Origin: an uncultured delta proteobacterium
GTDB taxonomy: Bacteria > Myxococcota_A > Polyangia > Polyangiales > Polyangiaceae
Assembly: GCA_963841435.1 (NCBI GenBank)
Contig: CAWJCS010000006.1
Location: 1,536,001-1,600,000 of the forward strand
Reading direction: 5' to 3'
DNA length: 64,000 bases
In this document: positions 9,992 through 21,339 of the stretch, in pieces
Layout: every line of letters starts with the position of its first letter
Position numbering within the stretch: the first letter of the stretch is position 1
Program-made: the position numbers and the translations under genes
The notes under the pieces: generated by a model
The model's database searches: none
Seen by the model: only the letters and a program-made list of their open reading frames with translations
Told to the model about the DNA's origin: nothing

Positions 9992-10993
9992 TTACTTCAG
10001 CACGCTCGCCAGGTCCTGATCGACCTGCTCGGCTACGCTCGAGAGCACCTTGACGTACCAGCGTCCGTACTCGGTGCGGATGAGGTAGTCGCTCCCCTTT
10101 TCGCCGGGGACCTCGAAGAGCTCGAGGTAGCCGAGCACCTTTTTCCCGCCGAAGTACTCGATACGCACGACCTCGCTCTCGGGCGGCGGCGGCGGCTTCT
10201 CCACGTATTCCATCACGCGCAGACGCCCGACCTTCGCCATCCAGTTGCCGACCGTCTCGTCGAGCTTCGCGGGCGAGGCCGCGTCAGCCCACGCCCCCTT
10301 TTTGTCGGGTATGGCGACGATCTCGCGCTTCTTGCCGTGCGCCGCGAGCTCGATCCGCGTCACGTCGCCGTCTTCGAAAGCGTGCAGGTCCCGCTCGATG
10401 AGCCGCGTCTCGGCGCCGAGCATGCTCTGCACGACGTCCGAAGAGAGCGCGAAGAGGCGCCCGCTCTGGACCTCGCGAGCGTAGCGCTCCTGTCCGCCTG
10501 GCGTCGTGCCGCCAATCGCGAGCGAGTGCTCCGTGCTGCCGAGCTTCACGCCGAGCGTCCCCTCCGGCTTGTCGAAGCCGAATTCCTCGGCCTGCTTCGG
10601 ATCGTACTTCCCGAGGTCGCGCACCGCCGTGAGCGGGGCGAGCTTGTCGGCCATTTCGCCGGCGGCCTTGACCCCGATGAAGCGCGCCGTCGTGTGCTTG
10701 GTCTTCTCGGGCGCGCTCGCGTCGGGCATGCCGTGGGGGGAACGGGGCGCTTCGTCCTTGTCGACCGTCACCACGAAATAGCGCCCGCCACCGTCCTTCT
10801 TCGCATCGAGCACGACTTTGCGGTTCGGCGCCTCGAAGCGAATGCGCTCGATCGACGCCGGCCGCCCGTCCCAGACGACGACGTGGTCGTCGCCGCCCGA
10901 TGGCTCGGCGGCTTCCTCGCCCCTCAGCCACACGCTCGCGGCAAGAAGCGCGGCCAGGCAGAGCGCTGCGAGGTGAAACACGAGCCCCTTCAC
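9992..10993 (-). CDS. DUF4340-domain protein
   Basis: N-terminal TM, FGFDKP...LAIGGTTPGG...Y pattern, last gene of a Gld-like ABC operon. Confidence 0.8.
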   Translation of the reverse strand: MKGLVFHLAALCLAALLAASVWLRGEEAAEPSGGDDHVVVWDGRPASIERIRFEAPNRKVVLDAKKDGGGRYFVVTVDKDEAPRSPHGMPDASAPEKTKHTTARFIGVKAAGEMADKLAPLTAVRDLGKYDPKQAEEFGFDKPEGTLGVKLGSTEHSLAIGGTTPGGQERYAREVQSGRLFALSSDVVQSMLGAETRLIERDLHAFEDGDVTRIELAAHGKKREIVAIPDKKGAWADAASPAKLDETVGNWMAKVGRLRVMEYVEKPPPPPESEVVRIEYFGGKKVLGYLELFEVPGEKGSDYLIRTEYGRWYVKVLSSVAEQVDQDLASVLK

Positions 10994-13122
10994 GCCTTGC
11001 CTCCCCGCTCGCGGCGCGAGCGCCGGCTCACGAAAACACCGGCCGCCAGCACGAGCCCCGGCGCCCCGAAGATCGTCGCGTAAAACCAGGTGAGGTCCTC
11101 CTGCTTCGTGTGCTGGATGCGCTGGTCCTCCTCGGTATTCGGAGGCCCTGCGACGCTCTCCTCGCCGACGAGCCAGCGTACGGCGTCGACGAACAGCACT
11201 TGGTTGGTCACGACCTCGCCAAGCACGAAATCGCTGAGGGCGTCGGCGTCGGCGAGCACGAAGGCGCGCATCTCCTCAGGGCTCGTCTTCGCGGGGCTCG
11301 AGTCGCCCTTCTTGTCGGGCTTGCCCTTGTCGCCCTTCTTCTTGTCCGCGTCGGGCTTGTCGTCGCTCGCGTCCTTCGGGGTCGCGCCCGGCTCGGCCGG
11401 CAACGTCACGGCGGCGGCGACGTTGTAGGTGGTCATCTTTTCGCTGTCGCGGTCGAACGTGAAGTTGTGGTTCTTGTCCGGGAACGTTCCGGAGGCCGCC
11501 CGCACGGCGAAATCGATGCGCTGGTTCGCCGTGCGCGCCTTCTCGAGGTAGCCGGAGCCGAACAAGACGACGGCGGCGCGCGACGCATTGCGGCTCAACG
11601 TCGAGACCGACGCGTGGGAGGAGAAGCTCTGCGTGACGAGTCGCGTGCGGTCCGACTCGTCGCCGCGCAGGCGCACGTGCATGCGCTCGTTCACGAGCTC
11701 GTCCGTACCGTAGGTGAGCCCGACGAGCCCGGCGAGATCGTCGAGCGGGCCGCTGCCGGCCGCGGGCGGCGCCACGGGAGAGGGCTCGGCGGAACCCGAG
11801 CCCAGCGGTGGCGCAGCCGGCGGCGTGGCAGCTTCGCCCTCGGGCGCGGCATGCGCCGTGATGAAATCGCGCGTGGAAAAGGCATCCACGTCGAGCGCCA
11901 AGAAGAGCTTGCCCTGGCGCGCCAGGTAGCGCTTGAGGCTCCCGATCTCCTCCTGTACGAACGGCTCGGTCGGTCCGAGCACGAGCACGAGATCCGCGTC
12001 GTCCGGGACGTCACGACCGAGGCCCTGCGCGAGGCCCAGATCCTTCACGAGGTAGTTTTGGCGCTGCAGGAGGGTGCGCGCGATGCTCGCGCTGCGCACG
12101 CCCGGGGTTCCGGGCTGCGAGCGGGGCGAGTCGTTGAGCTCGCCGTGGCCGACGGTGAGGTAGGCCGTGCGTCGTGCGCGCGCGAGCTTGGTGAGCTGCT
12201 CCTGGAAATCCCGATCCAGCGTCTTGAGCTTGGTTTTCGCTTGAGCCAGCTCGGTGCCGATCACGATCGATTGCGTCGTGGTGCCACGCGAAAGAACGAG
12301 CATGCCGTCCTGCGTCGCGCGGAGGTCGCGAGCGAGCTTGGGTGCGAGCAGCCGATCCTTGACCTCGATCTGGAGCTTCGGCGCCTGCGGGCCGAGCTCG
12401 TTCAGATAGCGCAAGACCTCGGTCTTCACGTCGCTCACCTGCGGAAAGAACGCCACGACGCGCACGGGGTCCGGCAACGTCTGCGCGAGCTTCACCGTCG
12501 ACTCACTGGGGCGCGAGGTCTTGAAATACGAGAAATCGACGTTGAGCTTCACGCCCGACGCCGCATAGACGAAGAGCGCTCCGTAAACGGCGGCGAGCGC
12601 CAGCGTGAGCCCGGCGGTCGCTGCGGCGCGCACCCGCCGGCTCTCGGGGTGCAACGCCGAGCGCATCGAGCGCAGCGCCGTCTCGGCGAAGACCATCGGC
12701 AACGTCGCGACGACGACCAGCGCAACGAAGCTGACGGTCAAGAGCTCCGTGACGCGCGTGCGCGCCGCGTCCGAGAGCGACGGCATGCCGAAGTGCGCCT
12801 GACCCCACGAGGTCGTCAGGCCATAGAGCCCGAGCGCCACGACGCCCGTGACGCTGAGGCCGGCGAGCAGGCGCTCGATCGAGCGTTGTTCGCCGCCCGC
12901 GCGAAAGCGCGGTGCAAAGCGCAAGAGCGTCGCGACGAGCACGGCAGCGACACCCACCCCCGTGACCACGCCGGCGCCGCGTTCGAGCCCGGAAAGCACG
13001 TGCTCACCGAGGTAAACGAAGCCCAGACCACCGAGGTAGAGCGGGAGGACCCAGCCTGGCCCTCGCGCCGCAGGTGCGACGGGCTTGGCGAGCTCCGGCG
13101 AGGCCGTCTCTTTCACCGCCAT
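10990..13122 (-). CDS. GldG-family ABC auxiliary membrane protein
   Basis: Multiple TMs, AYLTVGHGE motif, LVLVLGPTEPF, NQVLFVDAVRWL, C-terminal TM; ATG 13122. Confidence 0.85.
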   Translation of the reverse strand: MAVKETASPELAKPVAPAARGPGWVLPLYLGGLGFVYLGEHVLSGLERGAGVVTGVGVAAVLVATLLRFAPRFRAGGEQRSIERLLAGLSVTGVVALGLYGLTTSWGQAHFGMPSLSDAARTRVTELLTVSFVALVVVATLPMVFAETALRSMRSALHPESRRVRAAATAGLTLALAAVYGALFVYAASGVKLNVDFSYFKTSRPSESTVKLAQTLPDPVRVVAFFPQVSDVKTEVLRYLNELGPQAPKLQIEVKDRLLAPKLARDLRATQDGMLVLSRGTTTQSIVIGTELAQAKTKLKTLDRDFQEQLTKLARARRTAYLTVGHGELNDSPRSQPGTPGVRSASIARTLLQRQNYLVKDLGLAQGLGRDVPDDADLVLVLGPTEPFVQEEIGSLKRYLARQGKLFLALDVDAFSTRDFITAHAAPEGEAATPPAAPPLGSGSAEPSPVAPPAAGSGPLDDLAGLVGLTYGTDELVNERMHVRLRGDESDRTRLVTQSFSSHASVSTLSRNASRAAVVLFGSGYLEKARTANQRIDFAVRAASGTFPDKNHNFTFDRDSEKMTTYNVAAAVTLPAEPGATPKDASDDKPDADKKKGDKGKPDKKGDSSPAKTSPEEMRAFVLADADALSDFVLGEVVTNQVLFVDAVRWLVGEESVAGPPNTEEDQRIQHTKQEDLTWFYATIFGAPGLVLAAGVFVSRRSRRERGGKA

Positions 13123-13835
13123 CGGCGCGCCTCCAACGTCTTCGTGGCAGCGAGCAGGAAGAAGTAAGTGATGGCGACGTAGTAGGCGACGCCGCGGAAT
13201 TCCAGAATGCCCTGCATGAAAGGCCGGAAGTTCTCGTGATGCAGCGCGAGCCGCGACAAGAACCCGTTGAGCGGCGCCTCCACGACGCGCGCCACCATCC
13301 ACAAGAGCAAGAGCACCCCGAGCGTGGCGGCGCCGATGATGGCGGCCACCACCTGGGAGCGCGCGAGGGACGACGCAAAGAGACCGATCGAAGTGGCCGC
13401 CGACCCGAGCAGCAACAGCCCGAGGTACCCGACGGCAACCTGGCCCCAGCTCACCTTGCCGTTCACGAGGATGAGAAGCGGCATGTAGATCGTGAGCAGC
13501 GTGAGCAGCGCGAGCACCGCGAACGCCGAGAGGAATTTGCCGAGCACGATCTCGACGTCTCGCACGGGCGAGGTGTTGAGCAGCGTGATCGTGCCGGTCT
13601 GCCGCTCCTCGGCGAGCAGCCGCATCGACAGCACGATGGCAGCGATCATCGTGGTGCCGCTCGCACCATTGAAGAATTCCTGGAGCACCTCGGCCGAAAG
13701 CAGCGGCCGCGTGAGGCCGTTCAGGTGAAACCAGAGCCCGTCGATGAGCAGCGCCGCGGCGATGATGGCGGCGCCGAGCGGCGAGCGCAGGTAGGCGTAG
13801 AGCTCGCGGCGCGCGATCAGGAGCACGGCGCTCAT
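13113..13835 (-). CDS. ABC-2 type permease (GldF-like)
   Basis: IARRELYAYLRSP, MRLLAEERQTGTITLLNTSP...IVLGKF. Confidence 0.9.
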   Translation of the reverse strand: MSAVLLIARRELYAYLRSPLGAAIIAAALLIDGLWFHLNGLTRPLLSAEVLQEFFNGASGTTMIAAIVLSMRLLAEERQTGTITLLNTSPVRDVEIVLGKFLSAFAVLALLTLLTIYMPLLILVNGKVSWGQVAVGYLGLLLLGSAATSIGLFASSLARSQVVAAIIGAATLGVLLLLWMVARVVEAPLNGFLSRLALHHENFRPFMQGILEFRGVAYYVAITYFFLLAATKTLEARRWR

Positions 13836-14914
13836 GGGCTCGACTCCTTGCCAGCGCTCGCTCCGGGCTCGCGTTCGTCGGCGGCGTCCGGCGGGTCGCT
13901 CGCGGCCGGCTTCGCAGTGGCGCCTTCGTCGGACGCGGCCGGACGGCGGCGGGCCCCGGGCTCCGTATCGCCGAGTAGCGCTCGGAAGGTGGTCTCGAGA
14001 TCGCGAAGCCGTGTGAGCTCGAGGACGCCGAGCTTGGCCTCGACGAGCGCGCGGCAAACCGCGTCACGCAGATCCGAAATGCTTTCGACCTCCAGGCTGG
14101 CGACGCCCTCGCCGGATTCGGCCCCGGAGTAGGGCTGCACGGCGCGCACGCCCGCGATCGCGGAGATGACCTCGTGCGCTCGGGCTGCGGCCGCCGCGGC
14201 GCTCGCACCGGGCACGCGGACGGTCACGCGCACCGTCAAGCCCTCGCCGATCTGACCGGCGAGGTCCGCCTCCGTGCCGGACCAGCGGATTTCGCCGTCC
14301 TGAATGACGAAGATGCGATCGCAGGTCTCGCTGATCTCGTGGAGGATGTGGCTCGAGACCACGACGGTGTGCTCGCCTTTGAGGCCGCGGACGAGGCTGC
14401 GCATCTCGACGATCTGCAAGGGGTCGAGCCCGGAGATGGGCTCGTCGAGCACGACGAACTCGGGCCGGTGCACGATCGCCTGCGCGATGCCGAGCCGCTG
14501 CCGAAAACCGTGCGAGAGGTTGCCGATGAGGCGACCCCTCACCTCGCCGAGCTCGCAAAGCTCGACCGCCTGGCCGACGCGGCGACCGACGTCGGGCGTC
14601 GGCACCCGCTTCAGCTTCGCGGCGTAGCCGAGATACTCCTCGACGGTCATGTCGTCGTAGAGCGGCGGGCGGTCGGGCAGGTAGCCGACCCGGCCGCGCA
14701 CCTCGTGGGGCCGCTCGACCACATCGAGGCCGCCGACCTTGACCGAACCGCTCGTCGGCAGGAGATCACAGGCGAGCACGCGGAGCGTCGTGGTCTTCCC
14801 TGCGCCGTTCAGGCCCAATAGCCCCACGATTTCCCCCTGGGCGATGCTCGCCGTGAGCGGCCCCACGGCGCGCCGGTCGCCGTAGTACTTATAGAGGTCT
14901 TGGATTTCGATCAC
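13832..14914 (-). CDS. ABC transporter ATP-binding protein (GldA-like)
   Basis: Walker A GLNGAGKTT, signature LSHGFRQR, Walker B VVLDEP, SSH; GTG 14914 start. Confidence 0.92.
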   Translation of the reverse strand: MIEIQDLYKYYGDRRAVGPLTASIAQGEIVGLLGLNGAGKTTTLRVLACDLLPTSGSVKVGGLDVVERPHEVRGRVGYLPDRPPLYDDMTVEEYLGYAAKLKRVPTPDVGRRVGQAVELCELGEVRGRLIGNLSHGFRQRLGIAQAIVHRPEFVVLDEPISGLDPLQIVEMRSLVRGLKGEHTVVVSSHILHEISETCDRIFVIQDGEIRWSGTEADLAGQIGEGLTVRVTVRVPGASAAAAAARAHEVISAIAGVRAVQPYSGAESGEGVASLEVESISDLRDAVCRALVEAKLGVLELTRLRDLETTFRALLGDTEPGARRRPAASDEGATAKPAASDPPDAADEREPGASAGKESSP

Positions 14915-14981
14915 GGGGGCTCCGCCCGTTAGCACAAAAGCTCGCGCGTCTGGACCAGGAACCCCCCCCGGCTATTCCCGA

Positions 14982-16214
<1,233 letters not shown>

Positions 16215-16270
16215 AGGCTCCCGGAGGCCGATTTGCGAACGCCCCGCGCTTTTCCTAAGCTCCCCGCGCC

Positions 16271-16837
16271 GTGAGCAGCAACCTGGGCCCCGTGAGCATC
16301 CGTCAGTTCGGCCTGCGGGTGCTGTTCGCGTCCCTCACGGTCCTGTTCGCCGCTTCGCTCGTCGCCTATCTGGTCACGCGCTACGGCAACACCGTCTGGC
16401 GCACCGCGGACATGCCGGGCCTGCCGCCGGGCCTGTTCGGCAGCACCGCCATGTTGCTCGGGCTCAGCCTGTCGATGCATCTTGCTCAACGGGACGTGCG
16501 CCAGAACCGCACCGAGAGCCTCGTGCGTGACCTTTGGCTCGCGCTCGCGTTCGGCGTTGCGTTCCTGCTCGGGCAAGCGCTGAACTGGAACGTCATGCGG
16601 CGCGCCTTCCACGAGGGCGAGCCCACGATGTATCCGTTCACGTTCTTCATGCTCACGGGGCTGCATGCCGCCCACGTGCTCGGTGGTTTCGTGCCGCTCG
16701 GCATCGTGCTCGGCCGCGCCCGCAAGAAGCGCTACACGAGCTCGCAGCACGAAGGGCTGTCGCTCTGTCGGCAGTACTGGGACTATCTCGGTATCGTGTG
16801 GCTCGTGCTGTTGACGGCGCTGCTCGTCGCGACCTGA
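16271..16837 (+). CDS. heme-copper oxidase subunit III family protein
   Basis: FLLGQ, FFMLTGLHAAHV, YWDYLGIVW pattern. Confidence 0.85.
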   Translation: MSSNLGPVSIRQFGLRVLFASLTVLFAASLVAYLVTRYGNTVWRTADMPGLPPGLFGSTAMLLGLSLSMHLAQRDVRQNRTESLVRDLWLALAFGVAFLLGQALNWNVMRRAFHEGEPTMYPFTFFMLTGLHAAHVLGGFVPLGIVLGRARKKRYTSSQHEGLSLCRQYWDYLGIVWLVLLTALLVAT

Positions 16838-16921
16838 CCGCCCCTCCGTCGGCCGCCCTGACCCGTGAAACGAGCACGTCGCGATCACGGAGTCGCGAGC
16901 CGGCGGAGCCGCGGGCGGACG

Positions 16922-17566
16922 CTAGGGCGCGAGGCGCTCGGATCGCCAGCCCTCGGCGGTGCGGTGATAAAGGAAGCGATCGTGGAGGCGGTGCTCGCCC
17001 CCGAGCCACAACTCCACGCGTTCTGGCAAAAGCTCGAGCATTCCCCACTGCTCCGGCCTCGTGACCTCGCGGCCGTCGAAGCGTTGGCGCGACGCGGCGA
17101 GCTCGGCCATGAGCTCGGCACGTGACGCAATCGGCTGGCTTTGCGAAGAAGCCCAGGCACCGAGCTGGCTCTCGCGATCGCGCCTCGCGAAGTACGCGTC
17201 GGACTCGGCCGCGGACGCTCGGCTCACGCGCCCTTCCATGCGCACCTGACGCATGAGCGTCGGCCAGAAGAACGCGAGCGCGGCGCGCGGGTTCTCGGCA
17301 AGATCGCGCGCCTTCCTGCTCCCGAGGTTCGTGACGAAGCGGAGCTTTCCGTCCGAGAGCCCCTTGTAGAGCACGATGCGCACCGAGGGCTGCCCTCGAG
17401 CGTCGGTCGTTGCGAGTGCGAAGGCGTCCGCCGGTCCCGGCTCGAGACGCCGCGCCTCGGCGAACCATGCCTCGAACACGGCGAGCGGGTCCGCGCCGGG
17501 CGCCTCGGGGTGGACCGCGGCGCCGGGGGGTGCGCCAGGTGCGGCGGGGCCTTCGGGGGTGGTCAT
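16922..17566 (-). CDS. pdxH: pyridoxamine 5'-phosphate oxidase
   Basis: PSVRIVLYKG, SRKA, RQVRMEG, SQLGAWASSQS, RLHDRFLY, ERLAP. Confidence 0.95.
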   Translation of the reverse strand: MTTPEGPAAPGAPPGAAVHPEAPGADPLAVFEAWFAEARRLEPGPADAFALATTDARGQPSVRIVLYKGLSDGKLRFVTNLGSRKARDLAENPRAALAFFWPTLMRQVRMEGRVSRASAAESDAYFARRDRESQLGAWASSQSQPIASRAELMAELAASRQRFDGREVTRPEQWGMLELLPERVELWLGGEHRLHDRFLYHRTAEGWRSERLAP

Positions 17567-17636
17567 CGGGAAGGAACGGACGGGGGCGAGCGTAGCACTC
17601 GAAGACCGTGTACTATCGATGACCATGCTAGGCAGA

Positions 17637-17885
17637 ATGTTGCCCCAGCCAACCCTTCGCTTGCTCACGAGTGGGCTCTTCCTCGCGCTCGCCTTCGCGG
17701 CCGGCGTCGCAGTGGCGGCCGACTCCAAACTCGACGAGGCGCACGAAAGCACCTCCAAGGCCATCGTGCTGCTAAAGTCGGTGGCAGCCCCCGAAGGCCA
17801 GGACGGCTTCGAGGCGCACCGCAAGAAAGCCATCGACCTGCTCACGCGTGCGCAGGGCGAAATCCTCAAGGCCAAGGGAGAGTGA
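17637..17885 (+). CDS. small secreted helical protein
   Basis: Signal peptide then two helices with FEAHRKKAIDLL; alternative ATGs at 17619 and 17625. Confidence 0.7.
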   Translation: MLPQPTLRLLTSGLFLALAFAAGVAVAADSKLDEAHESTSKAIVLLKSVAAPEGQDGFEAHRKKAIDLLTRAQGEILKAKGE

Positions 17886-19067
17886 GCAGAGCCGCCCTCG
17901 TGGCGGCGTCGATCCTGCTCGGGTCCTGCGCCGTCCAGAGCACGTCCCCCCCTCCGCGTACCGGCGCGGCGGCGCCGGTCCCTGTCCAGAACGCGGACGA
18001 CGAGTCGGAAACTTCGACACCGTCCGTCCCGCCGCAAGGAACCGCCGAGGAACCCGAGGCGGGCGGCGACATAGATGAGCCGGACGACGGCGGCGACGAC
18101 GAAGGCGGCTCCATCGCCGGTGAAGAGCGGCCGCACCCCCTCGATGGCTGGAGCGAGCAGCGCATCGCCAACGCCGTAGCGACCGATCTCGCGTCACTCG
18201 GCTCGATGGCGGTCGGCAGCCCCACGGCCGGCATGCTCATCAACGGACGCGCGGCACAGAAGAACGAGCTCTTCGAGCCCGTCGCGCCTGCGACCGCCTG
18301 GGGCACCGAAGAGACGCTCGACTATCTCAGCGCCGCGCTGCGCGAGGTTCACGCCAGGTACCCGGACGCGCCGGCGCTTCCGCTCGGCGACATCAGCGCC
18401 GAGCGCGGGGGCGCGCTCTCGCCCCACGTGAGCCATCAGTCGGGGCGCGACGTGGACATCGGCTATTTTTATCGAGGTTCGGAGCGTTGGTACCAGCGTG
18501 GCACGGCGCAGAATCTCGACATCGAAAAGAACTGGGCGTTCGTGCGTGCCCTCGTCACCGAGACCGACGTTCGAGCTCATCTTCATCGATCGCTCGATCC
18601 AGGTGCTGCTTCGGGACTACGCGCTCGCTCACGGCGAGGACCCCCGCTGGGTGAAGAGCTTGTTCAGCGGAGACGGTGCCGAGCGACCGATCATCCGCCA
18701 CGCCCGCGGACACGCAACGCACCTGCACATTCGCTTCTACAACCCGGTCGCGCAGGAGACCGCGCGCCGCGCCACGGCGCCGCTCGTCGCGCGCGGCATC
18801 GTGCCTCCGGTGCACAGCTTCATTTCACATCGTGCGAAGCGCGGCGACACGCTGGGCAAGCTCTCCAAGCGCTACGGCGTCAGCGTGCCGGCGCTCCGGC
18901 GCGCCAATCATCTGAAGTCGAATCGCATCCGTGAGCGCCGCACGTACCTCATTCCCATCGCCCATCCGCGGCCCGCCCCGCCCTCGCACCGGCTGTCGTT
19001 CCCTCCGCGTCGCCTGCCGCCCGAGGCGGACTCCCGAGCAGCCGAGGCCGCCGTTCACCAGCGCTAG
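17882..19067 (+). CDS. penicillin-insensitive murein endopeptidase (MepA-like) lipoprotein with LysM; apparent +1 frameshift near 18570
   Basis: HVSHQSGRDVD in frame 1; HATHLHIRF and LysM (GDTLGKLSKRYGVSV) in frame 2; removing one T at 18570-18571 joins them (TDV-ELIFID). Confidence 0.85.
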
Positions 19068-19132
19068 TCCCTCCGCCCGGAACGGCGTTCCGGGCTTGCT
19101 AGCTTCCACGACGGCGACTCTGCTAACACGCG

Positions 19133-19987
19133 ATGCTGATGCCCCGCATCGAGCGGCTGATTTTCGCTTGGCTCGCCACGCTGACATTTTGCGCCTGCCG
19201 CGGAGGTCCGCCACCCGACCGCGTGCGGCTCGAGCTCCCGGAACAGGTCCTGTCCTCGGATCCACTGAAGCCGACGGTGCACGTGCGGCGTGGCGGTGCG
19301 TCCGTCTTGCTGGACGAGCCCGCTGAATACTCCGTGATGCCTGCCGAGCTCGCGGCGGTGGCCAAGAACGGCACCGTCACGTGCCTGAAGAGCGGCGACG
19401 GCCGCCTCGCCGTCAGCGTGCAGGGCGTGAAGACCGAGCAGCCGCTCCGCTGCCGCCTCGTCGATCGCATCGAGCTCGGCACGATCGAGACTCTCGACGT
19501 GAGCGGTCCGCCCGTGACGCTCGACATCCGTGTGCTCGACAAAACAGGCAAGCCGCTCGCCGACGTTCCGGTCACGCTGCGGAGTGAAAGCCCGCGCCTG
19601 CTCGGCGCTGCGGGTAACGTGCTGACGCCAGTGTCCGTGGGCGCGACGACCTTCACCGTCGCCGCCGGAACGAAGGAGCGCAAGGTGCCGGCTAGGATCG
19701 TTCGCACACTGACTCCTGAAGCGTTGCCCATCGAGGGAGGGAGACGCATCTCCTACAGCTTGCCCGAGGGTAAGTTCGAGGTGACGGTGACCTTCCCCAC
19801 CGAAAAGACACTCACGGCCGAGTGGCGCGGCGCGCCCTATTGCTCCTACCGCGCGACCTCGCGCGAGCACCATGTGGGCTGCGTGCTGCAGGGCAAGGGC
19901 GGGGTCGTCATCGACAATCCGGCCTTCGTGGTCACCGGCGCGACCGAGGTTTCGGGTGCCGGTGTGACCCTCCGCGAGGTCCCCTGA
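19133..19987 (+). CDS. lipoprotein with Ig-like domains
   Basis: Lipobox-like FCAC; VAKNGTVTCLKSGDGRLAV Big_2-like pattern. Confidence 0.7.
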   Translation: MLMPRIERLIFAWLATLTFCACRGGPPPDRVRLELPEQVLSSDPLKPTVHVRRGGASVLLDEPAEYSVMPAELAAVAKNGTVTCLKSGDGRLAVSVQGVKTEQPLRCRLVDRIELGTIETLDVSGPPVTLDIRVLDKTGKPLADVPVTLRSESPRLLGAAGNVLTPVSVGATTFTVAAGTKERKVPARIVRTLTPEALPIEGGRRISYSLPEGKFEVTVTFPTEKTLTAEWRGAPYCSYRATSREHHVGCVLQGKGGVVIDNPAFVVTGATEVSGAGVTLREVP

Positions 19988-20087
19988 ATCGTTGGACTAA
20001 TTGCCGACCCCGCGGCCGAATGACTCTGAATCGACCCTGTTTTGTCACTTGCTTGTCATAATTGGGAGGACGGGTCACAGTCATGAG

Positions 20088-20276
20088 GTGGAGCGAGGAG
20101 CGACCATCATCCGATTTCCCCTCGAGCGGGTCAGGCGGCCCGTTCGTGAAGGGCAACGGGTGTTCTCGGCGCTCGCCGATGCCGCCACGCTGGAGCGCCA
20201 GGCCTCGCGCCTCGCGTTCCTCTGCACGCTCGTGACCGTAGCCCTCGGCGTCGCGTTGAACGTCGCTCTCGGCTGA
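20088..20276 (+). CDS. small membrane protein
   Basis: GTG start, ATIIRFP motif, C-terminal TM helix; AT-rich upstream region. Confidence 0.55.
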   Translation: MERGATIIRFPLERVRRPVREGQRVFSALADAATLERQASRLAFLCTLVTVALGVALNVALG

Positions 20277-20299
20277 CCGGGCGTTCGCCGCGCGAGCGC

Positions 20300-21232
20300 T
20301 CAGGCCCCGTTGCCGTCGAGCTTGCCCTCGATGAGCGCGTAGAGGATCGCGACGGCGGTGTGCAGACGGTTCTCGGCCTGATCGAAGATCACCGACGCGG
20401 GCCCGTCCGCGACATCGGCCGTCACCTCTTCACCGCGGTGGGCGGGCAAGCAGTGCATGAAGATCGCGTCGGGCTTCGCGCGGCGCATGGCCGCGGCATC
20501 GACTCGATACGGCGAGAGCGCCGCATGCTTCGCCGCGCGCTCCTCGTCGGAGTCGCCCATGGAGAGCCACACGTCGGTGTACACGGCGTCGGCGTCGGCG
20601 AGGGCCTCGGCCGGATCTTCCGTCGTGACGACCTCGGCGCCGTTGTTGCGAGCCACGGCGCGCGCCAGGTCGGCGAGCTCCGCGGGGACGGCGTGCCCCG
20701 AGGGCGATGCGAGCGCGATGCGCGTCCCGGCGACCGCAGCAGCCTGCATCAGGCTGACGGCGACGTTGTTGCCGTCACCGAGATACGCGATCTTGAGGCG
20801 ATCGAGGGCGCCCTTCCTCTCGCCGAGCGTCAAGAGATCCGCGATGCTCTGACAGGGGTGATGGCCGTCGGTCAGCGCATTGACGACGGGGATGCTCGCC
20901 GCGTGCGCAAAGCGCTCGACGTCATCGTCCTTGAACGTGCGGATCACGAAGGCGGCACAATAGCGGCTGATCACGCGTGCGGTGTCTTCGATCGATTCGC
21001 CGCGCCCGAGCTGAAGGCCGCTCGGGCAGAGCGGCACCCCGCCGAGACGCGTCACCGCCGTCTCGAAGGACAGGCGCGTGCGCGTCGAGGGTTTGCTGAA
21101 GTAAAGGCAGACCGTTTGGCCGGAAAGCAAGCCGAAGCGCGCGAAAGGCTTGGCCTTGAACTTCGCGGAGCGGCGCAACAGGTAGGCTAGGTCACGCGCG
21201 CCGAGATCGGAGGTTTTGAGCAAGTGCCGCAT
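20300..21232 (-). CDS. argF: ornithine carbamoyltransferase
   Basis: STRTR, HPCQ, WLSMG, HCLPAHRGEE, QAENRLH. Confidence 0.95.
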   Translation of the reverse strand: MRHLLKTSDLGARDLAYLLRRSAKFKAKPFARFGLLSGQTVCLYFSKPSTRTRLSFETAVTRLGGVPLCPSGLQLGRGESIEDTARVISRYCAAFVIRTFKDDDVERFAHAASIPVVNALTDGHHPCQSIADLLTLGERKGALDRLKIAYLGDGNNVAVSLMQAAAVAGTRIALASPSGHAVPAELADLARAVARNNGAEVVTTEDPAEALADADAVYTDVWLSMGDSDEERAAKHAALSPYRVDAAAMRRAKPDAIFMHCLPAHRGEEVTADVADGPASVIFDQAENRLHTAVAILYALIEGKLDGNGA

Positions 21233-21339
21233 GGAAAGGGCCGACCCTAGCTCAATTTCGGGGACCCGCCAGCCCACGTACGACGAGTGTTCCGAGCTGG
21301 GATTGAAAGCCTGGCGACGATGCTCTAGCGTGCCCGGCG

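Noticed and set aside
10990-14208. Long N-terminal extensions in the ORF track (GldG 1072 aa; similarly PP2C 605 aa, pdxH 404 aa, pheA 476 aa)
   Set aside because: The extensions overlap neighbouring genes; internal starts give normal lengths and operon-style overlaps
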